Positions 50,778-59,642 of a stretch of 64,000 nucleotides of DNA are shown here, in pieces. Position numbers and translations under genes: made by a program. The stretch's first letter is position 1, and each line of letters begins with the position of its first letter. This DNA comes from a virus (lineage: Duplodnaviria; Caudoviricetes), in IMG/VR virus record IMGVR_UViG_3300035498_000877, positions 128,001 through 192,000 of that record; one strand, given 5' to 3'. The notes under the pieces are model-generated. The model did not search any database. It was not told the origin of the DNA and saw nothing but the letters and a program-made list of their open reading frames with translations.

Positions 50778-51155
50778 TTATTCTCTAACATTTCTGTACA
50801 TCTCTACCATTTTATGTGATATTCTGTAAACTAGTTCATTTACATCTTTCACTAAGTTTTCTTTCCAGTCTTCATTAGGATATCCTTTGATTTTTGATTC
50901 GTACTCATTAATATCAGTCTTAATACTGAATAAAGACTGATATAATATATTGCATGAGTTACTTATTAATTTTTCTCTTGGCATATTTAGCTTATTCTCC
51001 TGCAATTCAATTACATCCTTTTCATGTAATATCTTACATTCAAGAATAGATATTTGGAATATCTCTAACTGGTGTTCTGCGTTTATTGAATTATTAGATT
51101 TCTTCTCTTCTGTGTTAAATTCATCAAAGCAATTTTGTTTTGTTAATAAAGCCAT
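50778..51155 (-). CDS. Hypothetical protein
   Basis: GGAGGAGG RBS; 125 aa. Confidence 0.7.
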   Translation of the reverse strand: MALLTKQNCFDEFNTEEKKSNNSINAEHQLEIFQISILECKILHEKDVIELQENKLNMPREKLISNSCNILYQSLFSIKTDINEYESKIKGYPNEDWKENLVKDVNELVYRISHKMVEMYRNVRE

Positions 51156-51158
51156 CTT

Positions 51159-51233
51159 TTAATCCTCCTCCGAATCATCAATTTGGTATTCTGTATCATA
51201 TAGGTCTCTATCATTATATTCTATATCATCCAT
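51159..51233 (-). CDS. 24-aa acidic micropeptide MDDIEYNDRDLYDTEYQIDDSEED
   Basis: AGGAGG RBS; fills the gap between two operon genes exactly; below the ORF-track cutoff. Confidence 0.55.
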   Translation of the reverse strand: MDDIEYNDRDLYDTEYQIDDSEED

Positions 51234-51245
51234 AACATCTTCCTC

Positions 51246-51773
51246 CTATTTGATACCTGTTAACTTGTACAACACATCCTGGAAGTCTCCGAATCTGCGA
51301 TATCTGTATTTAGATTGTGCTAAGCACATCTTTACAGTTATATCAACTTCGGTTTCCTTGTCATTAACTTTCCTACCCCATCTTGTGACTTTGAGATTTA
51401 GATTTTCTCCTTCGCATAATCCTTCAAAGAAATGTGCAGGAATGTTATCGAATGTATCTCCGAAATATGGGAGATAGTATTCTTTGTCACCTGATGTTAC
51501 AGTTAATCCATGATCAGATAAATTGTCGCCTTCTTCTGATACTAACCATAGATTTACTATTTTATCATTTGCAGGTTCAAGAATTTGATGATTATCAATT
51601 GCCAACTGTAATATATCCAGCTTAGCACTATCCATGAACAAGTCATTGATACGAGTTGGTGAGTTAGGAATTATAAAAGCATCAACTGCAAGTGTTCCTG
51701 TGATTGTTACCTTATCTTCTGTTTCATCGATTGTTAGATTAGTTGCCTCTTTGTTCATTAATTCATTACTCAT
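51246..51773 (-). CDS. Hypothetical protein
   Basis: AAAGGAGG RBS; 175 aa. Confidence 0.75.
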   Translation of the reverse strand: MSNELMNKEATNLTIDETEDKVTITGTLAVDAFIIPNSPTRINDLFMDSAKLDILQLAIDNHQILEPANDKIVNLWLVSEEGDNLSDHGLTVTSGDKEYYLPYFGDTFDNIPAHFFEGLCEGENLNLKVTRWGRKVNDKETEVDITVKMCLAQSKYRYRRFGDFQDVLYKLTGIK

Positions 51774-51774
51774 T

Positions 51775-51909
51775 TTATATTTCCTCCTTTGAGATTCTTA
51801 TAGGTTTAATTTTGGTTGTTTTTACTTCTGTCATTGATATCTTTGTGGTTTTAACATTAGTAGTTTTTACTTCCACCGTTGAAATCTTTGTTGTTTTAAA
51901 ATTACTCAT
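51775..51909 (-). CDS. 44-aa Thr/Lys pentad-repeat micropeptide
   Basis: MSNFKTTKISTVEVKTTNVKTTKISMTEVKTTKIKPIRISKEEI; AAGGAGG RBS; first gene behind the duplicated promoter cassette. Confidence 0.7.
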   Translation of the reverse strand: MSNFKTTKISTVEVKTTNVKTTKISMTEVKTTKIKPIRISKEEI

Positions 51910-52031
51910 GATTAAATCCTCCTTAGATAATTAATATACCATATTCAGTTTTTATGTAATAATGATAACTTACTCTTATCTTATTACACTATTAGAATAT
52001 ATCGTTAATACTGAAGAATATGCGATAAAAA
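51901..52031 (-). repeat. Promoter-leader-RBS cassette, copy 1
   Basis: Reverse complement of 51901-52003 matches 63885-63987 at 102 of 103 nt; TTTTTATCGCATATT is also shared further upstream. Confidence 0.9.
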
Positions 52032-52059
52032 GAAAAGAGGGTATTTAAACCCTCTTTTC
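52032..52059. terminator. Terminator hairpin
   Basis: GAAAAGAGGGT...ACCCTCTTTTC. Confidence 0.7.
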
Positions 52060-52070
52060 AATATTTATTT

Positions 52071-53726
52071 TTATAACTTAATATGCACCTCTTTATTCTT
52101 CGATAACTCAAGATGTCTATTGCAAATAGTTGGTCCAATATATACCATAGTACCATTTCGATTCTTTCTCCAGAATCCTCGACGCTCCCATGAATCAACA
52201 TAGTATTCTCGTTTGATTATACCACCTTTTTTAGTTGCTTCCCTGATATAACTCTTTGCTTCATTTGATGTCATTAATATATGGCGTATTGCATATTCTG
52301 GTTTATTATTCTGGACCCTAGATTTTGATGATGTAGCATGAGTATTTGTAGGTTGTTTTAACTTGGTTTCTTTAATCATCTTAGATCTTTCAGGTCTATC
52401 ATGTAATACTAATAACATTGCACACAAACTCATGATTGTTTCTATGATGCCAGGAAGATCAAATATTCCTTTTGGAATGAAATCCATTACTTCACATATC
52501 CCAGCTGGAAAATTATCTCTAGGATTCTTTAGATGAATATATGTATCAATCAATGATATATTGGCTACTTTGAAATCATGCAGATTTACAAATCTCAATA
52601 ATGCTATTATAGACATATCATGGTTTACATCATGCTTGATATAAAATTCACAACAATCTGAATCCTGATCATATTCAAAATGAAAGATAGATGGCTCCTC
52701 AGTTCCTTTAAATACATTAACTTTTAGAGTTTTATCAATTCCAAATCGTTTTTCAATTAAAGCATTGCCTAAATCAACAGCTTCATCCTTTTCATATTTA
52801 TCCTCCAGATATTCATTAATAAACTTCCATTCTCTTTTGGATAAATCTACTATTGGAATAATATTTCCATCTTTCTCATTGCCCATTATTACTTTTGGAA
52901 AAGTACCTTCTACTTCGGATTTGAACTTAGGTTCCATGACAGCTTCAGTATGGTGGTGCCAATTATTCAAACCAACAAGGTGTTTTATATCATTTAAATT
53001 AGATGAGGTAAATACCATCTTTAATACACTCTTTTCTAATTTCGTATGATATTGAAACTGGGCTAAATCATTATTCATCAATTCATCACCGATACTACTA
53101 ATTATAATATCTAATGTAGTTTGAATATTATCAATAACATCAAAGAATCTTGATCTGGATGTTTTAAGATTATGCTTTCTGATAAAATTATCAATATCAT
53201 AATCTTTTTTAGATACCATCAATGGTTGTACATCCGAATGCATCTGAAAACAATTGTCTTTTCTTAATAGAGCATGATATATTTCACACACATTATCATT
53301 ATCATTAAATATATAAAATAATATAGTAGCACGTGCGCTGCTATCATCGATACCACTTATCATGTGAAAATATATTGTGCATGGTTTACTATTATTGAAT
53401 CTAACCTTACAAATTACATTCTCATTTGGATATTTCTTATACAATCTATGGATATTGTCATTAATTTTATCAATATTATCAATGTATGATATCCCTGTTG
53501 TATCTCCAGAAGTTAATTCTGTATTAACAGTAATTTGTGGCAGTTTTCTAAAATATAGATCATGTAAACAACTTTTTGTATATGTTGTAATATCATCCAT
53601 CATATCTTTTCTAAACTTCTTTACATTCGGATTTATATATGTAAATATATCACTCCGCATTACTTGCACTTTGTTATTTGTGATAGATCCTGGTGTTACT
53701 CTAAAAGTATTCATTTTGTAAGACAT
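52071..53726 (-). CDS. Hypothetical protein
   Basis: 551 aa; AAGGAGG RBS; basic C-terminal WERRGFWR motif common in phage proteins. Confidence 0.75.
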   Translation of the reverse strand: MSYKMNTFRVTPGSITNNKVQVMRSDIFTYINPNVKKFRKDMMDDITTYTKSCLHDLYFRKLPQITVNTELTSGDTTGISYIDNIDKINDNIHRLYKKYPNENVICKVRFNNSKPCTIYFHMISGIDDSSARATILFYIFNDNDNVCEIYHALLRKDNCFQMHSDVQPLMVSKKDYDIDNFIRKHNLKTSRSRFFDVIDNIQTTLDIIISSIGDELMNNDLAQFQYHTKLEKSVLKMVFTSSNLNDIKHLVGLNNWHHHTEAVMEPKFKSEVEGTFPKVIMGNEKDGNIIPIVDLSKREWKFINEYLEDKYEKDEAVDLGNALIEKRFGIDKTLKVNVFKGTEEPSIFHFEYDQDSDCCEFYIKHDVNHDMSIIALLRFVNLHDFKVANISLIDTYIHLKNPRDNFPAGICEVMDFIPKGIFDLPGIIETIMSLCAMLLVLHDRPERSKMIKETKLKQPTNTHATSSKSRVQNNKPEYAIRHILMTSNEAKSYIREATKKGGIIKREYYVDSWERRGFWRKNRNGTMVYIGPTICNRHLELSKNKEVHIKL

Positions 53727-53761
53727 TTCTATTTCCTCCTTTTTATTGATATAATTTAGTT

Positions 53762-53786
53762 ATATATCATTATTATAAGAATATAT
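53762..53786. promoter_or_regulatory. Divergent putative early promoter motifs
   Basis: Plus-strand ATATATCAT at 53762-53770 faces the helicase. Minus-strand ATATATTCT at 53778-53786, with upstream CGCAT, faces 53726. Confidence 0.45.
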
Positions 53787-53817
53787 AATTTCAAAGAAAG
53801 GAAATGCGTGATATAAC

Positions 53818-55242
53818 ATGAATTTAGATATTTATAATACACATATGGAATTATATCCATATAAGAAAGATGATTATCCTGTAATTGAAAAGATGTATAC
53901 AGCAGTTGATAAATTTACAGGTTTAGATAAGCCTTGTGGATATATGATAGAAGATGGTAAACTATTATTGCCAAGAGGTACATCAATTTCTAGATTGGAA
54001 AGTATATGCGATGTAAAAGCAAATTATATTAAAGAATCAGATTCTTTAGAAAATATGGATAAAAAATTCTATCCAGTATATGAACCTAGAAATGATGTAC
54101 AAAAAGAAAGTATTGAATTCTTAATAGGTAAACAACATCAATTGGCATTGAACTTAAAGACAGGAGTCGGTAAAACATATTGTGTTGCATATGCGATTAC
54201 TGAATTGAATGAGAAGGCTTTAATAATTACACCTAATGAATCTATTAAACAACAATGGCTAAATACATTTGTTAAGATGTTTGACTATAGGTCAAAAGAT
54301 CTTATGAATATTGCTGGATCAAATATAATAGCTGGATTGATTGATGGATCAATAGAAGAAAGAAATGTGTACTTTGTTAATCATCAAACACTACATAGTT
54401 ATATGACTTCTACTAATGGATATATGTTGCATGAATTTTTCAAGAAGATTAAAGTTGGTATTAAAGTATATGATGAATCACATATGAATTTTGGAAATAT
54501 TCTATTGATGGATTATTATTCCAATACTAATAGAACTTGGTATATTACTGCAACATTTGACAGATCGGAGAAAACTGAATCAGAATGTTTTAAGAGAGCA
54601 TTTAGTTCTGTTGAAGCATACGGAGATATTGAGTCAGCTAAATTGGTTGATAAACATGTAGTATATCATGTAGTAAAAATTAATAGTAGAATATCTCCTA
54701 AAGATAGATCTAGAGTAATCGGATATGCTGGAATGACTGCTGCATCATATGGAAGATATGCATTCTTGAGTGATCCAAATAATACAGCTTATCATGCAAT
54801 ATTAGAGATACTGAATAAAGTACAAAATGTTGAAGGCAAAGTTCTTATATTTGTACCTTTGATAGAAGCAGTAGATGAGGTTGTAAAGAAACTTAAGAAA
54901 GACATCCCAGATAAATCAGTAGCTGCATATCATTCTAAATGTACAGCTGATGAAAAAGAATCAGCAGAGAAAAAAGATATCATTGTATCTACAATTAAAT
55001 CATGCGGAACTGGTCGAGATATTCCTGGACTAAGAGTATTGATATGTTGTGAACCAGTAGCATCGAAAGTGGTTGCTGAACAAATGATCGGAAGGTTGCG
55101 TCCATATGGAGAAAATATGGACACTTACTTTTGGGATGTAATTGATATATGTTTAGCTCCAATAAATTGGTGGTGGAAAGCTAGATATAAAAAGATACAG
55201 GATCTTGTAAAGAAAACTGTATATATTGATATAGATAGTTAA
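53818..55242 (+). CDS. Superfamily 2 DNA/RNA helicase (UvsW-like)
   Basis: PRNDVQ Q-motif, LKTGVGKT Walker A, VYDESH, TAT, GTGRDIPGL, QMIGRLR. Confidence 0.9.
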   Translation: MNLDIYNTHMELYPYKKDDYPVIEKMYTAVDKFTGLDKPCGYMIEDGKLLLPRGTSISRLESICDVKANYIKESDSLENMDKKFYPVYEPRNDVQKESIEFLIGKQHQLALNLKTGVGKTYCVAYAITELNEKALIITPNESIKQQWLNTFVKMFDYRSKDLMNIAGSNIIAGLIDGSIEERNVYFVNHQTLHSYMTSTNGYMLHEFFKKIKVGIKVYDESHMNFGNILLMDYYSNTNRTWYITATFDRSEKTESECFKRAFSSVEAYGDIESAKLVDKHVVYHVVKINSRISPKDRSRVIGYAGMTAASYGRYAFLSDPNNTAYHAILEILNKVQNVEGKVLIFVPLIEAVDEVVKKLKKDIPDKSVAAYHSKCTADEKESAEKKDIIVSTIKSCGTGRDIPGLRVLICCEPVASKVVAEQMIGRLRPYGENMDTYFWDVIDICLAPINWWWKARYKKIQDLVKKTVYIDIDS

Positions 55243-55279
55243 AAAAATAAAGAGAGGTTAAATACCTCTCTTTATTTTT
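55243..55279. terminator. Bidirectional terminator
   Basis: AAAAATAAAGAGAGGT-TAAAT-ACCTCTCTTTATTTTT. Confidence 0.8.
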
Positions 55280-55291
55280 AATTACCACATT

Positions 55292-56422
55292 TCAATATTT
55301 CAATTTAAATTCATTAAATAATTGAGATTTATCATTTCTTATCTTTTTATATTTGAGAAGTAATATGTATATAATTCTATAATCAGCAATACGCCCTGGT
55401 GAATTTAATAACTCATAAATATTACATTTACTCAATTGAGGAGTCTCACTGCATTCATATTTGTTTACTGGAATCAAACATGATTTGCCCGAATTAACTC
55501 CATTAAAATTATACTTAACTATTGGATTAGTTACTTCATTAGCATCTACTGATATTTCAATCGTCGATTGTAACTTATCATCTATATATATTCCCAAAGT
55601 ATATGTAATCCTGTCTTTATCATACCATCCATATACATATAAAGCACAATATGTTCCTTTTGCAAATGAATATTTGATACCTGATTCAGATGAAGATGCA
55701 ATATCTATATATAATGGATGGGAATTTGTGGGTTGACAATTTGGCAATGCAGTAATCATATATTTCATAAATAAATATAGATCTGTCGCCGTAAACTTAT
55801 CATCTATAAATTTATTCTCTTTAACAGTATTATCTGGTGTCGCTTCTTTGAATTTCACCGGATGGCTAAATAAATTATAATAATATCCAGATACTAAAAT
55901 AAGTGCCACAGATATAAATTTATCATATGATTTATCTACTTTTGAATACCAGCTCATTTTGGCAAATTCTTCAGTATCAATAAATATATCTTCTTTATTC
56001 GTATAATATTCAACTGAATGTTTTATTGGATTATTTAGATCACTTACACAAATCTTGCATATATCTTTATCATTAAAATCTAATCCCTTATATGATATAT
56101 CAATCTTAACATCTTTAATAGTCGTTAATTCACGATAACGAATTATAAGTGAAATAAATTTTAATTCATGTTCCACATTGATCTGAGATGATAAACTTAC
56201 GATAAAATAATCAGATGATAAGTCTGATCTAGTATCACATATTATTTCATAATACCGATAATTTATCTCTTTATTATCTGAGTGCGGTTTTGGTATCATT
56301 ACCAATTCCAAATTCTTTGGATTTCTTTTAATGATATTTAATATTGCATCTCCAAATTGATTGAATGTTATAGGTGTTTCACTGGGAAAAATATTTTTAA
56401 GTGCATCCTCAAGAATACTCAT
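55292..56422 (-). CDS. Hypothetical protein, paralogue of 56659..57219
   Basis: N-terminal ~185 aa align by eye with the 187-aa neighbour. Confidence 0.75.
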   Translation of the reverse strand: MSILEDALKNIFPSETPITFNQFGDAILNIIKRNPKNLELVMIPKPHSDNKEINYRYYEIICDTRSDLSSDYFIVSLSSQINVEHELKFISLIIRYRELTTIKDVKIDISYKGLDFNDKDICKICVSDLNNPIKHSVEYYTNKEDIFIDTEEFAKMSWYSKVDKSYDKFISVALILVSGYYYNLFSHPVKFKEATPDNTVKENKFIDDKFTATDLYLFMKYMITALPNCQPTNSHPLYIDIASSSESGIKYSFAKGTYCALYVYGWYDKDRITYTLGIYIDDKLQSTIEISVDANEVTNPIVKYNFNGVNSGKSCLIPVNKYECSETPQLSKCNIYELLNSPGRIADYRIIYILLLKYKKIRNDKSQLFNEFKLKY

Positions 56423-56433
56423 TTATTTACCCC

Positions 56434-56640
56434 CTATTTATAATTGAATTGTGATTCTTTAGACTTATAACTTTTGCATCGACATGTAGGAGTGCACATT
56501 AAATCTGGCCATGTTCCTGCTACTACATGTTTCATAACAACCTCATTTAATTCATCAATTATTTTCTTTTCATCTTTTGAATACATGCATACTGAATTAT
56601 GCATGCATGTGTCACATTGATAAGTACTTTCTTGTTCCAT
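56434..56640 (-). CDS. Small Cys-rich protein, paralogue of 57224..57427
   Basis: CDTCMHNSVC...GTWP....CRCKSY; AAAGGAGG RBS. Confidence 0.7.
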   Translation of the reverse strand: MEQESTYQCDTCMHNSVCMYSKDEKKIIDELNEVVMKHVVAGTWPDLMCTPTCRCKSYKSKESQFNYK

Positions 56641-56658
56641 TGTTATTTCCTCCTTTAA

Positions 56659-57219
56659 TTATAAATTATAATAATATTTAGCTGCAATTTTAAGTGCTGC
56701 AAAAATTGGATTATCTAAATCATCATGCTGTACTTTTGGTGATGAATAATACCACTTCATATATTGCTGCTCATCTTTAAAGAAATCAATAAAGCAGTCA
56801 TTAATATTAGCATAATAATTAATAAGATCTTCTCCATCTTTATGTATATCAATATTGCATATACCATTTGGACTAAAATTGTCATCTTTATACCATATAT
56901 CAATTATAGTATGATCGAAAGATCTTAATGTACTATATCTTATATTGAATTCAATTAATCTTAATTCTTTCTCATTAGTAATTTGCACAATCATATCTAC
57001 TTGATAATATCCAACTGGATTATTAGATCTATAATCACATAACTTTATATGATGTCTATAATTTAAGTGATTTTTATCATCAAAAGATTTTGTTGTAACT
57101 GGTTCAAGTTCTGCTGGAATATTTAAAACATTCCGTAATAGTTTATCTCCAAAATCCCCAAATGATATTAATGCTTGATCAACATCAATATCCTTTATTG
57201 CTTCCTCTATAATTGTCAT
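56659..57219 (-). CDS. Hypothetical protein, paralogue of 55292..56422
   Basis: Start re-assigned to ATG 57219 (MTIIEEAIKDI). Confidence 0.7.
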   Translation of the reverse strand: MTIIEEAIKDIDVDQALISFGDFGDKLLRNVLNIPAELEPVTTKSFDDKNHLNYRHHIKLCDYRSNNPVGYYQVDMIVQITNEKELRLIEFNIRYSTLRSFDHTIIDIWYKDDNFSPNGICNIDIHKDGEDLINYYANINDCFIDFFKDEQQYMKWYYSSPKVQHDDLDNPIFAALKIAAKYYYNL

Positions 57220-57223
57220 ACCT

Positions 57224-57427
57224 TTATCCCCTCTTTTCATCTTGTACAAAATATTTACATTTTATGACCGTCTCTGTTAAACATTCTGGCCATGTTCCCA
57301 TAGATATTGCTCTTGATAAAAATCCCTCTAATTCGGAATTTCTCTCTTGTACTTGTTTCGTGAGTTTACATACATTAACACATACACATGAATCGCACGT
57401 GCATCTTATTTTTACTTCTGTTCCCAT
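57224..57427 (-). CDS. Small Cys-rich protein
   Basis: CDSCVCVNVC...GTWPEC.....KCKYF; AAAGGAG RBS. Confidence 0.7.
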   Translation of the reverse strand: MGTEVKIRCTCDSCVCVNVCKLTKQVQERNSELEGFLSRAISMGTWPECLTETVIKCKYFVQDEKRG

Positions 57428-57439
57428 ATCAGATCTCCT

Positions 57440-58522
57440 TTAATTCATTAATGATGGTAAATTGATTGGGTAATCTAAGAACCGCTTATTATTTAAAGAA
57501 CTCAAAGAAGCCATATCAACTTTATCAACTATTTGTGATTTTATATTATCAATATCAGATTCACTCAATAATTGATACTGTGTTTCTATATTAGTACACA
57601 TAAATGCTGTTTTGATATCTTGCCTATATTGTGCTGGAAATGACTCTAATATGGAATCTATTGAACTGAAGTCTTTCAATATAATTTCATTATCCAATCC
57701 ATTTTTTATTATATTAAGAAACTTGCCATATCCAAATCCTTTAGCAGATTTAATATTTCTAATCTTTGATCCTTTAATAGACAATAGTAATTTATAATAC
57801 ATTTCAGAATTGAATATTGCTAAATCAAAAGGTGATTCATCTTTTACTATACTTCTTACTGTATCTTCAATTGTACTATATACACCAAAGTGATTAAATC
57901 TCCTTTTAATATAAATATCTAGGAAATTTCCTTGAAACATATATAGGGTATCAAATATATCTGCACTAATGATAACATTCTTACTATTATCAAATGTGGA
58001 TACTATATATGGAATTATAGATCCATCAAATGTATCAGCTTTCAATAAATAACATTTATCAATATATGATAATATCAATTCTACTTCTGGAATGATTGTA
58101 TTATTTAGCAATTCCCCAACCAATTTGAATTGAGGATTCTGCATATATCTATTATGATAATAATTCCTATAGAATTTATTATATACAGACATCTGTTGTT
58201 CATTATTAGATAATGAAGTGATATAGAAATACATTTTCACATCACATTTTTCTTTTCTGAAATATGCTTTATAACTTGCCATTAGATTTAATATTGCTGA
58301 TTCTAATTCTATAACCATCTTTTGTTTATAGAAATTTACCATTGGTAATATTCCTTTATACATCGAAATATTATGTAATACACATTCTAAGTTTATAAAT
58401 ACATTTACATTATCTCCAGGCTGTATATTCAATGTACTTCTATGTACATGCTCATCAATCATATTCCATTTTAGCATTAGAGAACCTGCCGTAACTCCAA
58501 TACCAGGTTTATATACCTCCAT
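57440..58522 (-). CDS. FEN / 5'-3' exonuclease-like protein (PIN-like plus H3TH)
   Basis: VNVFINLECVL, VIISADIFD, and H3TH-like KGSKIRNIKSAKGFGYGK; adjacent to primase. Confidence 0.55.
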   Translation of the reverse strand: MEVYKPGIGVTAGSLMLKWNMIDEHVHRSTLNIQPGDNVNVFINLECVLHNISMYKGILPMVNFYKQKMVIELESAILNLMASYKAYFRKEKCDVKMYFYITSLSNNEQQMSVYNKFYRNYYHNRYMQNPQFKLVGELLNNTIIPEVELILSYIDKCYLLKADTFDGSIIPYIVSTFDNSKNVIISADIFDTLYMFQGNFLDIYIKRRFNHFGVYSTIEDTVRSIVKDESPFDLAIFNSEMYYKLLLSIKGSKIRNIKSAKGFGYGKFLNIIKNGLDNEIILKDFSSIDSILESFPAQYRQDIKTAFMCTNIETQYQLLSESDIDNIKSQIVDKVDMASLSSLNNKRFLDYPINLPSLMN

Positions 58523-58533
58523 TTTTGTTCCTC

Positions 58534-59505
58534 CTAAATTGTTGATTCTGTTAGTTTGATTTGATTCATTGGAACCCCTATATCTTTCGATAATACATTC
58601 TGATATAAAGTTATTTTATTATACAGAAATTTATACTTCTTTAATTTTATCTTTTCTTCTTTCATATCAATATCTGAATCAAGATAAATATTAACTATAA
58701 TATTAGATCCCATTAATCCTTTACTGATTGCATAATCAATTCCACTTATATAATCACTTCCAAGTACCGCGATATATGCAGAATTATTTCCTGTATTAAA
58801 ATTCTTATATGCTGATAATATATCAAATATTCCTTCAGCAATATTTACATATACTAGATCTTTTGAAAATATATCTATTGAAGTTGCAATAGTATAGAAT
58901 GATCTTACACTTGGTTCTCTAACTACTGGAATCTTTCTCCATCTGACATCATCTCGAAAATTTCGTGATAAAATGTATGATCTGTCATCAGACATGAATG
59001 ATATTGAATCTTGTATAGATGGTAATGTATTACTGGTGATACTACATCTTCGAAGATATTTTTTAACAGGTTCCATAGTCCATACTATTTTAAATTTCTC
59101 AATATCCTGATATTCAAATCCTTCTCCTAATCTATGTTCTATATATTGAACTTGCTTAGAATTTATGTCAATATTTCCTAATTCAAAATTCTTGCCAGAT
59201 TTATGATAATAATTAATTCGGTTATAATTATTATTGGTTATAGGATTAATATTTTTGATACCTAATTTATCCAAGAAAAATTTATTTACTTGACCTTTGG
59301 AATTACATAAGAAACATATATACAACAAAGGCTCTGATGGATCATAACTACATTTTATATAGCAATGAGAATCTTGAGCATTCTTTTGGCTATCCCCACA
59401 TATAGGACATCTTATGCGGTACATCTGCTCATTCACTTTTCTAAATACAGGACTTTGCTTTTGTATCGCTTCTAAAATCTCAGTTTTATCTAAAGATGCA
59501 ACCAT
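58534..59505 (-). CDS. DNA primase (Zn finger plus Toprim)
   Basis: RCPICGDS...CFLC, IAEGIFDILS, YLDSD, KDIG. Confidence 0.88.
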   Translation of the reverse strand: MVASLDKTEILEAIQKQSPVFRKVNEQMYRIRCPICGDSQKNAQDSHCYIKCSYDPSEPLLYICFLCNSKGQVNKFFLDKLGIKNINPITNNNYNRINYYHKSGKNFELGNIDINSKQVQYIEHRLGEGFEYQDIEKFKIVWTMEPVKKYLRRCSITSNTLPSIQDSISFMSDDRSYILSRNFRDDVRWRKIPVVREPSVRSFYTIATSIDIFSKDLVYVNIAEGIFDILSAYKNFNTGNNSAYIAVLGSDYISGIDYAISKGLMGSNIIVNIYLDSDIDMKEEKIKLKKYKFLYNKITLYQNVLSKDIGVPMNQIKLTESTI

Positions 59506-59541
59506 AACTTTCCTCCTTATTCACCTTCTTACTTCAAAATC

Positions 59542-59570
59542 ATAATATATATTTTAAAATTATATATTAT
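59542..59570. promoter_or_regulatory. Divergent pair of putative early promoters (primase / tubulin)
   Basis: ATAATATAT at 59542-59550 (minus strand) and ATATATTAT at 59562-59570 (plus strand). Confidence 0.5.
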
Positions 59571-59642
59571 TAGTATATAGAGGTTATGAATTAACTTAGA
59601 ATTTAAACCCTATAAATTCAAATGTAAAGGAGATTTAAAATC

